Shown here in pieces: positions 52,301 to 64,000 of a DNA stretch of 64,000 nt. Position 1 is the first letter of the stretch, and every line of letters starts with the position of its first letter. A program made the position numbers and the translations under genes. The stretch comes from Octopus bimaculoides (Eukaryota): the NCBI RefSeq assembly GCF_001194135.2, contig NC_068989.1, positions 50,433,273 through 50,497,272 on the forward strand, written 5' to 3'. A model generated the notes under the pieces. That model was not told the DNA's origin, did not search any database, and saw nothing but the letters and a program-made list of their open reading frames with translations.

Positions 52301-52552
52301 NNNNNNNNNNNNNNNNNNNNNNNNNNNNNNNNNNNNNNNNNNNNNNNNNNNNNNNNNNNNNNNNNNNNNNNNNNNNNNNNNNNNNNNNNNNNNNNNNNNN
52401 NNNNNNNNNNNNNNNNNNNNNNNNNNNNNNNNNNNNNNNNNNNNNNNNNNNNNNNNNNNNNNNNNNNNNNNNNNNNNNNNNNNNNNNNNNNNNNNNNNNN
52501 NNNNNNNNNNNNNNNNNNNNNNNNNNNNNATATATATATATATATATATATA

Positions 52553-52716
52553 CACGGTTGGCTTCTTTCAATTTCCGTCTACCAGATCCACTTACAGGGC
52601 TTTGCTTGGCCCGAGGCTATAGTAGAAGACAGTCCACCAAAGTACCTCAAAGTGGGATTGAACCGGCACTATGTGGATGGGAAGGAGTCTTCTTTACAAC
52701 ACATCCACGCCTATAT
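52553..52716 (-). mobile_element. SINE family A, 5' head
   Basis: Reverse complement: GGTTCAATCCCACT...GTCTTCTACTATAGCCTCGGGCC...GTAGACGGAAATTGAAAGAAGCC. Confidence 0.8.
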
Positions 52717-53450
52717 ATGCAGGGTTGGGAAAAAGTCACTCGACAGTAAATCAAAATTCCATAAATAGTCTCTGTAATTCTGTATTGACTCGAACGGAAA
52801 AGTGTGTCGCTCAAGAAGAACTTCAGGTTGAACAATTTTCATGATGTTTCATATTTAGATGTTTTTATTATAAATTCATGCAGTTGTTAAACATAACTAA
52901 ATCTTCGAATTAAATGGTTTTGATTTACTGACAGGCGACTTTTGACGAACAATATATATATATTGGTGCTTATTGGTGTCATCTGATCTGAGCTGAATGT
53001 TAAATTTTAATGAATAGACGAAAATGCAATTATATATTTTGACTGTGCAATTAATTGAACAAGAAAACAATTGAATATAAACTTCGAATACATGCTAGTA
53101 CAGAATGTAGCGGTTGAAGTAGAGTATAATAATAAATAATTAGATTCGAAATGCCGGGTGTAGCTAGGTTCTATTATTGAAGAAAACTTTCTTTTCATTT
53201 CTAGCTTGCTTGGCAAAAGGTGGTGTCTGTCCTCTGTGGTTCTTTCAAATCTGCTGCCGAACTACTTGCAAAAAAAAAGATGCATGAAACTTGAGGACAT
53301 TTGAGATGATGTCCATGATATGGCTGCAAGCTGAATGGTTGATAATTACAGCTCACGTGTAATGTGCGTACTAAAATTCTATCATCAACTTGATAACTAA
53401 AATGTGTCAGGTTCGATTCTAACTCTAGATGCACGTTCATAATCTCCACT

Positions 53451-53490
<40 letters not shown>

Positions 53491-53501
53491 CATTACACTT
53501 A

Positions 53502-53891
53502 GTTGGCACTCCGTCGGTTAAGACAACGAGGGTTCCAGTTGATCCGGTCAACAGAACAGCCTGCTCGTGAAATTAACGTGCAAGTGGTTGAGCACTCCGC
53601 AGACACGTGTACCCTTAACGTATTTCTCGGGGAGATTCAGCGTGACACAGAGTGTGACAAGGCTGGTCCCTTTGAAATACAGGTGCAACAGAAACAGGAA
53701 GAAAGAGTGAGAGAAAGTTATGGTGAAAGAGTACAGCAGAGTTCGCCACCATCCTCTACCAGAGACTTGTGGAACTTTAGGTGTTTTCGATCAATAAACA
53801 CTCACAACGCCCCGTCTGGGAATCGAAACCGCGATCCTACGACCGCGAGTCCGCTGCTCTAACCATTGGGCCATTGCGTCTCCCCTCCCAT
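53502..53891 (-). mobile_element. Full-length tRNA-derived SINE family B with 16-bp TSD
   Basis: Head GGAGACGCAATGGCCCAATGGTTAGAGCAGCGGACTCGCGG...GGTTTCGATTCCCAG; TSD TACACCATTACACTTA at 53486-53501 and 53892-53907. Confidence 0.92.
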
Positions 53892-55228
53892 TACACCATT
53901 ACACTTAAGCATTGGATAAATACAAACTGTCTAAAATTTGGGGAACACAAGTTTGTTTAATAATTAGGTAAATAATCCGCTCTGGATTCTATTCATAATT
54001 AGTTGGTCAGGCAAACATGAAAGCCTAAAACCACATAATACATTCGTCATCGGAGATACAAAAGAAATGTAAATGCTGTTGGTATTTATACACACTGTAG
54101 TATTGAACGTAGTAAATCAAGGCAACTGCAGAAATATAAAAACGACAAAAACTGTTAAATGATTACATAAATTAACTTAGTGAGAATGTTAGAATCGTGT
54201 AAATCAACAGTAAAATTGAAATTTAACTCAGATATAGATATAATCTGATATAATAGTTACGTAGATAAATATTTTCTCAATATGTCGTTCTATAAGTGGT
54301 AACGAATCAATAAATTTAAAAAGAATAAAAACAGACTAAGTGTGGCTTCACACACACACACACACACACACCAATCACACACATACACGCACAGATTAAT
54401 ATATATAATTTAGTATTATCTGAGTAAAAACCATATATAGTGCTTTCCAAAGCTTCTCTCCGCGTATCAGCTACCATATGCCATCACACAGCAGGAATTC
54501 TCCTTTTACCGGATATACATGTGGAATTTCGTTAATATCCGTGGAATTTATATAAAAAAAGTTCAAATACAAGATGCGGTGTACAGGCATTAATCCAAAT
54601 CATTGTAATTGTTTCTGCTGGTAATTACTGAATGTTTCACGTATCGAACACACTGTTGCATTAATATGATCCAAAGATAACTCCGTACCTGCACGTCTTC
54701 GGGTGCGTGACTTCGATAGTACTGCTAAATCACCTGTAGTTTTCCATTGTTTTATACTCATATTCTATTTTTAGCATACCATTGACAACGAGCAACATGG
54801 ACATACAGAGATACAAATGATAGAAAGATAACGAAAATAAAAATAAAAAGAATAACATATAAATCAAACAGATCAAAATGAATTAATGGAAATAAAGATT
54901 CAAAAATATAAAACGTACAATAAACTTCAGACACAGAAATGTCCCTACTTTCATGAAGATTAAGATTAAGATTATAATCTCGCAAGTATATAGAGCGGAA
55001 TAATTCCTTATATCTTGTGTTTATAAGCGTTTTACTTGCAACGAAATCATTTGCGCAAAGTAAATGTGTTACCACAGGGGGATACCAATATGTCTCCCAG
55101 TACACTGAGAGTTATCTAATTATAAGCTCAATTTCTGTTGCCTTTAAGTCTCATCACAGTTGCTATACCAGTCACTATGAGATGCCCGCAATTTTATACA
55201 TACATATTCATTTACATGATGTATACAT

Positions 55229-55281
<53 letters not shown>

Positions 55282-55371
55282 NNNNNNNNNNNNNNNNNNN
55301 NNNNNNNNNNNNNNNNNNNNNNNNNNNNNNNNNNNNNNNNNNNNNNNNNNNNNNNNNNNNNNNNNNNNNNN

Positions 55372-55424
<53 letters not shown>

Positions 55425-56064
55425 TGTTTATAGATATATAAGATATATACACGTACACATTCGTACCCATGACCTACGTACACTCACACATACACTTTAT
55501 ACATCCTATTGACGATTTCGATAGCTTCAGAGCAACACACCAAGAGGATTTACTTGTGCGCATACTTATACGGACATACACAGTCTCTTACTTTGCCCTA
55601 ACCTACATACATTTGTATATACATATGATCAATTTAAGCATATCCACATTTTTGATCTTATGAAAGTGAATCTCTACATGTAAATCCACCAGTCATTTTC
55701 CAGTTATGCTCTTGGGTAAATTTTCTTTATCTATATCTATTCATCCAAAGTTTAGAGTATACACGCAAAAGAACAATACAGGTACAGTGTAACTCGTATT
55801 GGATTTGTTCATTTAGACAGACACATTTCTATACACGGTGATATCTCAATTTACATATAATATAATCCTACTCTGGAGATACATGTGATATTCATTATAT
55901 AACTACGTTCTATAGTTACGTTTATTTCATTAAGTCTTGGCAAACGAATCTATTCCTTGGTTACTTTTCTTAAAAAAATGTATACACACGCACTTACCAT
56001 TTCTCATGGGATTATACAATTTAGGTAAAAAACAAAACAAAATGATATAAGCATACTATTAAGG

Positions 56065-56372
56065 ATAGTTGTTTGTTTCTTCGCGAGCCATACCTGACCC
56101 ATAATGGCCAGTTTCACGTTTTCTTTGGCGTATAGGTTCTCCACCTGGACGGAACGCCCGTCTGGCGCAGGTGAGCTGATATATACAGCAGTAAAGAGTG
56201 AGAGAAAGTTGCGGCGAAAGACTCAGCAGAGGTTCGCCATTACCCGTCGCCAGAGCCGTGCTGAGCTTAGGTGTTTCGCTCATAAGCAAACGCATTGCCC
56301 AGTCTGAGATTCGAACTCGCGATCCCTCGACCGCGAATCTGCTGCTTTAACCACTAGGCCATGTGCCTCCAC
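56065..56372 (-). mobile_element. SINE family B variant (same head/core, different tail)
   Basis: Head GGAGGCACATGGCCTAGTGG...GAGTTCGAATCTCAG; shares AAACACCTAAG and CTTTCTCTCACTCTT with 53502-53891; the 3' part differs. Confidence 0.8.
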
Positions 56373-56819
56373 TGTTATTCCAGGCAAAGGTCAAATGCAT
56401 TTACGTACGCAGGTGATTGTTTATCGTTATATAAACAATGAAGCATATTCAAGAATTGGCTTTACACATGTGGTGACAGAGGTTTCATGAGGTTTTGTTC
56501 TTCAACTACGTAATCCGACCAGCGGAAACACAAGTAATTTTTAGTGAGTGCGATATATGGTGTGATATTTTAATTTAAACTGGCTGACATTAGAACTGTA
56601 AATACCTGTATACTTAATGGGTAATTGTAAGAAGGATTAAGATTTGGTGCATCCGATTCTACCGTTATGTAGTGACACAACAAAAATAATGTAAAACAAA
56701 ATCCCAAAACTTCTCCGTATAATATTTAGTAACTTATTATTATTATACCAACGATCTTTTCTGTTTTGTTTTTGTCTTCTATTACTTTCTGCATGTGGTC
56801 TCTGTCTCTCTTCCTCTGT

Positions 56820-57157
56820 CTCTCTCTCTATGTATGCTGAGCTGCTGAGACACCCTTCAGTCATAACTGACCATAGGATTGCACCTAGAAAGTTACCTTC
56901 CCAGGCACAAGTCCGGGCAAGGTTGTTTATGGAAGACCAGCAGTCGCCCATGCATACCAGCCTCCCTTCTCCACGCCACCGGTGTTATCCCACGGATAGG
57001 CAAAGGCCGATACAGCTTGGCATCTGTGACGTCGCAACTCATTTCTACAGTTGAGTGAACTGGAGCAACGTGAAATAAAGTGTCTTGCTCAAGGACACAA
57101 CACGCAGCCCGGTCTGAGATTCGAACTCACAACCTCACGATCGTAAGCTCGACACTC
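56820..57157 (-). mobile_element. tRNA-derived SINE with CORE-like domain (family D), head truncated
   Basis: GAGTTCGAATCTCAG then GTGTCCTTGAGCAAGACACTTTATTTCACGTTGCTCCAGTTCACTCAACTGTAGAAATG (CORE-like), (AGAG)n tail. Confidence 0.75.
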
Positions 57158-57162
57158 GATAG

Positions 57163-57317
57163 TTTTCCGGTAGCACTATGTAAATAGATGCATACAGATG
57201 CATACACTACACATTAGTGCCTATGTCTGTATATCCGTGTGTATGTATGTATATATAGACATAGGCACTAATGTGCACACGTGTGTATGCATCTATTTGC
57301 ATAGTGCAACCGGAAAA
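57163..57317. repeat. 155-bp foldback (long inverted repeat), MITE-like
   Basis: TTTTCCGGTAGCACTATGTAAATAGATGCATAC...CACATTAGTGCCTATGTCT is mirrored by AGACATAGGCACTAATGTG...GTATGCATCTATTTGCATAGTGCAACCGGAAAA. Confidence 0.85.
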
Positions 57318-57409
57318 TTTTTAGCTTTCTGAAGCGTCACAGGTAAAGGAAATGTTGAAGTGAATCTAACGGTTTTGTGTGTTTCTATATGTCTTATAAA
57401 CACCATCCA

Positions 57410-58190
57410 CGCTGCACTTGAACAGGTAGGATTGGGTGACGAAGGGTACCATAAAAAACGAGAGACCGAGAGCACTATACTGGCAGCGCAGAATAAAGCT
57501 CTGGTCACGAACTGGAGGGTTAACCTTAGGAATGAGCAAGTGACTCCGCTGTGTCGCATCTGCAATAAAGTAGATGAAACCATTGCCCATATCACGAACG
57601 AATGCTTTAGACATGCCCAGACCCACTACACGTTTTGGTGACACGACCAAGTAGCGAAAGTGTTGCATTGGAAACTGTATGAAATGTGTGTGTGGCGGAG
57701 GTGGGTGGGTAGAGAAAGGCAAGACGTGGTAATGAGCGCAGACCTCAAAAAGAGGCAGTGTCGAAGACTAGCAAAATCCTCTAGGATTTCCCAATTTAAA
57801 CAGATCAGGTGCTAGAGTACAACAGACCGGACCTAATGATGGTGGACAAGGTGCGTCACATATGCTATGCAGTTGATGTTGCATGCCCCTTTGACACAGG
57901 AATAGTGAAGAAGGAAGGTGAAAACATAGATAGATACAACCCTTTTAAGTACGAAATAAACCCGCTATGGAGAATGAAGAAGGTGAAGATAGTGTCAATT
58001 ATTGTTGGGCCCTTTGGGAACAGTATCAGAAGGCATCAAGAGGTATATAAAGAAAGTTGGAATAGAGAGCCCAGTAGAACTGTTAAAAAGGCTGGCCTCC
58101 TTTGCACGGCCAGAATAATCAGGATATATAGCTGAAAAAGAACGAATAGCATGATACCTGAAAATCAGGGAGCAAGTCACTTGCCGCCTT
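57410..58190 (+). mobile_element. R4/Dong-clade LINE 3' end (CCHC plus RLE nuclease)
   Basis: ETESTILAAQ, CRICNKVDETIAHITNEC, YNRPDLMMVDK...VDVACPFD...KE.E.I..Y, IIVGPFG. Confidence 0.85.
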
Positions 58191-59158
58191 GGCGGACTAC
58201 TTTGACAGAGATGGTGTCTCGATAAAAATACCAGTTGTTTGTAACTTAAAAACACACATCATTTGTGAAGTGAAAATGCCAAGCAAAAATATTGATGATA
58301 ACGGCGTGAACGGGACTGGAACCAATGGTGAAGGTGCTTCACACGGCAGATGTCCCACTGTGCAGCAGGGTGGCTCCGGTCGTAATTCAGCCACTATTAG
58401 CCATGCTACAAGACATAAGTGGAGTAAACAAGTAAACTTGATTGCTATGGAGTGTTACTAGTAGAGCACCCCAGTAGATGCGAATGGCATACCTTTCAGA
58501 GGGTACAGAAAACGAATACACAGTGCATGGAAGGCAATGGATCTGTTTAAAATTACTGAACAGAAATTATGTGACCAAGGAAGAGCGGTACGAAAGGATG
58601 GATGGTTAACAGAATTGGAGCTAGAAGCTATCAAAAATGGATATTCGGTAATGCTGGGCATGCAAGAAACGAAAGTGTTATAGTGGAAGAGATGGACAAT
58701 TGTTCGCAAGAATATACTACCGTGAACTATGAAAGATTTGAGATCAGTGACTTCTCAAACAATGAAGGTCGATCAATAATAGACAGGATTTTGGATCTTT
58801 TAAATACAGAAGGGGCATTATTTATGTGTGACTTTAAGGAAGCTAACCAATTGAGACTAAATCAAGAGACGAGTAAAGTCAATAATGTATTGAAGAACAT
58901 TGAAACAAAGAACAGCACACAAAAAAATAATAATATCAAGGCTGCTAGTAGAATTGTGCGGAAAATTTGGGATTGAGAAGTACTGAGAACAGAACAGGAC
59001 AGCGATGGATAGAAGAGGGTAGTGTCAATACTTATCAGGAAAAGAAATGGAGAACTTAAGAATGAGTGTAAATTCGAAAAAGTTAGGAAGAAGTATGGTG
59101 TAGATACAAAAGGCCTGAATGTTGTAATCGAAGACCTGAAGCAGCGCATACTTGCAAA

Positions 59159-59189
<31 letters not shown>

Positions 59190-60530
59190 AGACCAAAGCT
59201 AACTAGGTTTGAACAACGTATTAAGCAATACTGGCAAAACAAATTGTTTAGAACCGACTAAAAAAGATTTTATCAAGAGATTACTGACGATAAGAAAACG
59301 TGGAAGATTAGTTCCTGATGCTAATGAAAATCGACTTTTCTGGGATAAGATATGGAGTAAGCAAGAGCAACATAATACTACAGACGAATGGCTCTGCAGC
59401 GTGAAGCAAACAGCTTCATATCACTAGCAAGAGGCTATCCGCTTCACCGAAGACAGTGGAAAAATTTTGACAGTACACGAAGCCTTCCACCCTAAGAGTG
59501 ACACTGATAGACTGTGAGAGGACAAATACAAGATCAGTTCCCTGGATTTCATTGAAGGCTGATATATAAAAAATGCCGTGGAGGCATTATTGAAACATAC
59601 GAAGAAAGCTGGCGTCATCAAAACTGAAAATTGTGTAATGAAAGAAAAATTCAAAGAAGAAATGAACACAAAAAAAAAGAAAAGCATGGAAGGAAAAAGT
59701 AATGCACGGTAAGCTTGCAAGGGATGCGAACGCAAAGACAGCAAGAGAAGATGGTGGCTAAGGATGTGGAGGAGTGACTTGACGATAGAGACAGAAGTAC
59801 TCATAAGCGCAGCTCAAGAACCGTTAAGGGCCTACTATATAAAGTACAGAATAGACAACACTACCGACAGCGACAAACGCTGAATGTGTGGTGAGAGGGG
59901 TGAAATGGTATGGCACATCGTTAGTACGTGCCGTAAATTAGGCCAACAAGAATGTAAAGGACACGATGACAATGTGGTAAGAATGATCCATTGCGATCTC
60001 TGTGAAAATCAATGCCTACAAAGAGCAAAGATGTGATATGAACAAACCACAGAGCGAATCACCGAGAATGAGAATTTCAAAATTCTGTGGGATGCAAAGA
60101 TCCAGTGCGATCACCTGACCAGACATTGGAAACCGGACATTTTTGTGGTGAATAGAAAAGAAAGAATATGCATGATAATGGACATAGCATGCCCCGGTGG
60201 CAATAGGGTCAATGTGAAAGAAGAAAAAAGAACCAACTATGACGATTTGAAGTGGGAAATTATAAGGTTGTGTTCAATGAGGTTCGTAGACGTGATACCA
60301 ATAGTAATTGGTGCACTTGGAAGTATCAGGACTCAACTCCCAACTTGGCTGAAAAAGACTGGTGCAAGTGTGAAGGTAGAACATCTACAAAGATCAGCAT
60401 TGCTTGTAACTGTAAGAATTCTTCGCAGTGTTTTTGAAGCGCAACGAGTAAACGAATGTCACCTTAGTCTGCTGGCTATGGCCAGCTGACATTTTCCATC
60501 ATAGCCAGCAAATGTGAGTTTTCATGACAT
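58190..60530 (+). mobile_element. R4/Dong-clade LINE with both ends but RT core deleted
   Basis: RHKWSKQVNLIAMECY...RGYRKRI..., QNKLF, FWDKIWS, then a jump at ~59460 to HPKSDTDRL; CCHC (CG..GE.V.HIVS.C); ILWD..IQCD...KPDI.VV..., PIVIGALG; (AAT)n(AAG)n tail. Confidence 0.85.
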
Positions 60531-60536
60531 AATAAC

Positions 60537-60599
<63 letters not shown>

Positions 60600-60625
60600 A
60601 AGAAAAAAATAAGAACAACAACAAC
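60530..60625. repeat. (AAT)n/(AAG)n tail between LINE copies
   Basis: Directly visible. Confidence 0.9.
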
Positions 60626-60639
60626 AAGAAATAAAGAAT

Positions 60640-62560
60640 ACTAAGGAGATCCACAGGCAAAGTAAATGGCGTTTTGAGCTTGGTAAAAGCAGAAATCATT
60701 AGTGATACAAACCGGCTATTTTTAGCTGCTGCTAATACTTTAGCTGACTCTATTAAAGAAACGGAAAACTGTAGAAACGAAGGGAAATAAAAACCAAACC
60801 GGAAGATGAGGATACGAATGAAGTTGGAAAAGACATGAAAATAACTGGGGGAATTGAACAGGAGATAATTGGAAAATAACTGGGAGAATTAAAGAGGAGC
60901 TCAAGAATGAGGTAGGAATCACGTAGGTTAGAAGAGAGGGGAAAGCAACATGTACATGCAGAATTGTCACAAAGACTGGCAACGTTAAAGACTAAATTAA
61001 AAACTTATGATGCTTGATGCAAAAGAGAGACTATTTCAATCAAATAGAAGACGTCTTTCAGAAGAAAGAGAGTGCGAACAACATCAATAACTGATCTCTG
61101 GTGCGGAAGAAAATAAAGTATTTTGGGGAGAACTTTAGAACAGGCCAGTGAGATATAAAGGAAGTGCAGAGAAGGTAACAAATGTTGAGAGACAACTTGA
61201 AGCTCTGCCAAGAGACGTCAGAATTGGTCTATATTCAATAGGACTGAGGTTTACAGAGCTGCATGATACACATCTGGAAAGTAACAATCTACTTCCAGAA
61301 AAAGGGAAAGCATGTAGGAAACAGAGTAGAGAAACAGAAGACCACTTATTAATGGATAAAATGACAATTCGAAATTGTAGACGTAGATTGACGAGACTGC
61401 ATGCAACATTACAAAAACAAAAACAAAAAGAAAAGAAAATATTACATGGTACCGCACAGTTGGATCAGTAAAACAATTTGAACTGAACTATTGGACTGAA
61501 CAAAGAACTAGAAAGCTGTTCATAATGTATGGAGCCCACCACCCAATGACAAATATCAACCAGCTGTTCATGAAGAAAGACCAGCATGGAAGAGGCTTAC
61601 TTGCCGTGGAAAAGTGTACGCAGATGGAAGCGAAAATCCTGCGGAAGTATATACAGAACAGCATAGAGAAATTACTAAAAACAGTGAGTAGGGAACAGGT
61701 GATCAATTGTGGAATAGGAGAGAAAGCAAAAATGAAATTCAAAGAAAGCATTTCAAACAAATTTAAGAGAAATTTTACATAATGGGTTTTGGAAAGCCAT
61801 TGAGGATATAGGTCGAACAAAACCCTGCACGCGTCTAAAAAAAGGACAATTAAAAAAACAAAACAAAAAGAGAGCCTAATTATAGCAGCTCTTGATCGAG
61901 CAATAAAAACAGAAACTAAGAAATTATGTGTATGGGGAGATGGTGTCAGAAAAATGTAGTCTGGGTAATTTGGAATGAGCCATTGGCACACATTGTTGCA
62001 AAAAGTCCCACGTTTGCCCAATGAGAATATAAGAAATGGAGCATGACCGAATTGTGAATATTTTACACTGAACGCTTTGTCAGAAATAGGAATTTGGAGC
62101 TGGAGGTACACAGTATGATCATCGGGTCGAAAGAATGATATAAACGGAGAAATTGAAAATTCTACGGGAGGGATTTTCCTATTTAAACAGATAAGAAGCT
62201 AGAAAATAATGGACTTGCTAGCTAATTGATCCATCATATCCGTTTGACCCCAGGATTGAAAAGATAGAGGATGAAAAAAAAAATACACTTCCTTAAGATT
62301 TGAAATTGTAAGAATTTGGAATATGAAAACTGTGAAGGCCTGTACCTATAATATTTCGTGCATTGGGATCTGTAAGCAAGGATATAGACAAATGGTTGAA
62401 GGAGGTGGCAAAAGAATGTCCTGTAGAGCTTGTACAGAAAGTTTGCTTCTTAAGGGCAGGATAGATTATCAAGGGGGTTTTAAGCACTTGAAAGACTATT
62501 GAAAGCGTGTGGTTACCTAAGGCTGCAGGTAGCAACCCGCTACCCAGATAAATTCTACTG
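60640..62560 (+). mobile_element. Older R4/Dong-clade LINE relic with partial RT
   Basis: EDHLLMDKM.IRNCRRR (RT motif), MYGAHHP...KKDQHGRGL, ESLIIAALD, degenerate RLE region. Confidence 0.7.
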
Positions 62561-62659
62561 GGAATACGGACGAACTTGAGTCAAATCTTCAATGATTATA
62601 GTAAGGGCAATAATAATGAGTTGAAAGTGGGGAATGAAGAGTGTAACTGTAATCCAAAT

Positions 62660-62935
62660 AGATGTAAAGGCATTGGGAATCTAACAACCAATTTTGAGAA
62701 ATAGGTCAGGGAAATTTGAATTGACAAAACAGTAGAACATGCTCAAAAGCCTTCACTCGATAGTGCAGCCTTTTGAGCATGTTTTGAGCAGGCCAGCGAA
62801 GATTTTGAGATTGGTACCTGGATGTTAAATATGGTGGAAAGAGACCCTGTGAGACCTTTGACAATCATTTTGCTGTTCGCTCTCACGGAATTAACCGGGG
62901 CAAATTATATCAGGATCTCTGAGAATTAACATATG
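62660..62935 (+). mobile_element. R4/Dong-clade extreme 3' end fragment interrupted by a local inversion
   Basis: TVEHAQK...AKILRLV C-terminal motif split by a 14-bp inverted duplication (62736-62749/62770-62783); followed by (TA)n/(AAT)n. Confidence 0.55.
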
Positions 62936-62951
62936 ATAAATATTATTTATA

Positions 62952-62983
<32 letters not shown>

Positions 62984-63525
62984 ATTAGGGACGAAATCCA
63001 AAATTACAGGTAAAAAGCTCAATTAAAATCAATTTATAAAAAAATAAAATTAAATTGAGTCTTATAGATAAAGTATATATAAAATATATAGTTTTAGGGA
63101 AAATAACCANNNNNNNNNNNNNNNNNNNNNNNNNNNNNNNNNNNNNNNNNNNNNNNNNNNNNNNNNNNNNNNNNNNNNNNNNNNNNNNNNNNNNNNNNNN
63201 NNNNNNNNNNNNNNNNNNNNNNNNNNNNNNNNNNNNNNNNNNNNNNNNNNNNNNNNNNNNNNNNNNNNNNNNNNNNNNNNNNNNNNNNNNNNNNNNNNNN
63301 NNNNNNNNNNNNNNNNNNNNNNNNNNNNNNNNNNNNNNNNNNNNNNNNNNNNNNNNNNNNNNNNNNNNNNNNNNNNNNNNNNNNNNNNNNNNNNNNNNNN
63401 NNNNNNNNNNNNNNNNNNNNNNNNNNNNNNNNNNNNNNNNNNNNNNNNNNNNNNNNNNNNNNNNNNNNNNNNNNNNNNNNNNNNNNNNNNNNNNNNNNNN
63501 NNNNNNNNNNNNNNNNNNNNNNNNN

Positions 63526-63559
<34 letters not shown>

Positions 63560-64000
63560 GTATGCATGCATGTATGTATGTATGTATTGTATATATGTAC
63601 GTAGGGCTCGGCTCATTCATAACGAAAATAAATTCGTCGAAAGTATAATTGCTAAGGAAGAAGTTGGCTGAAAAATATATAATCGTAAAACTATCGTAGG
63701 AATGCATATTCATAGAAAATAAGAGAAATACATAAAAACCAAAAGCCAACTGATTTTTAGTGATAAGAACGAATTATATTTTAGATGAAATTTATTTTCA
63801 ATTTATTTTCAGATTATTTTCGCGTTAGATTTAATAGTAAAATTCATTTTCGGTAAAAATACACCGAAATCTAATCTCAATTAACTTTCTGGAACAACCT
63901 ATTGTAAATTCAAAATTACTAACTATTTGGTAAAAAAAAATGAAAGCAGTGTTTGAACGTTCTTACTACCACTGATTGTTTCATCAAATGTTAGCACCTC

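Noticed and set aside
63598-64000. hAT-like non-autonomous element start (TAGGGCTCGG...)
   Set aside because: No matching opposite TIR or TSD is visible within the window.

Overview
AT-rich eukaryotic (animal) genomic DNA made almost entirely of repeats, with 15 N-gaps (~5.2 kb: 1783-1965, 2918-3017, 6283-6390, 14514-14894, 17894-18558, 30771-30843, 31827-32569, 36299-36548, 37015-37057, 40703-41572, 44505-44558, 46224-47005, 52081-52529, 55282-55371, 63110-63525), most flanked by microsatellites. The SINE families and repeat density resemble Octopus genomes as I remember them; this is an inference, not a search result. No host protein-coding gene can be supported, only a few weak micro-exon candidates. 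The window contains tRNA-derived SINEs of at least four kinds, Tc1/mariner fossils, a Chapaev3-like 5' fragment, a nearly complete decayed Helitron (~47.3-52.06 kb), and an RTE LINE inserted with a 12-bp TSD into a Tc1 element. It also holds five R4/Dong-clade (RLE) LINE derivatives that lack the RT core, CR1/L2-type and Gypsy relics, and a 2.3-kb 26-bp minisatellite. The most interesting signals are two. First, hammerhead-ribozyme folds read directly from sequence: one with an intact core, in an inverted structure next to a tRNA-like pol III head, and one near-perfect fold with a single core mutation. Second, an APE-type LINE 5' end whose ORF1 fuses a Myb/SANT (trihelix) domain to tandem CCCH zinc fingers and runs in frame into the endonuclease. 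All family assignments come from motif recognition by eye and need database confirmation.
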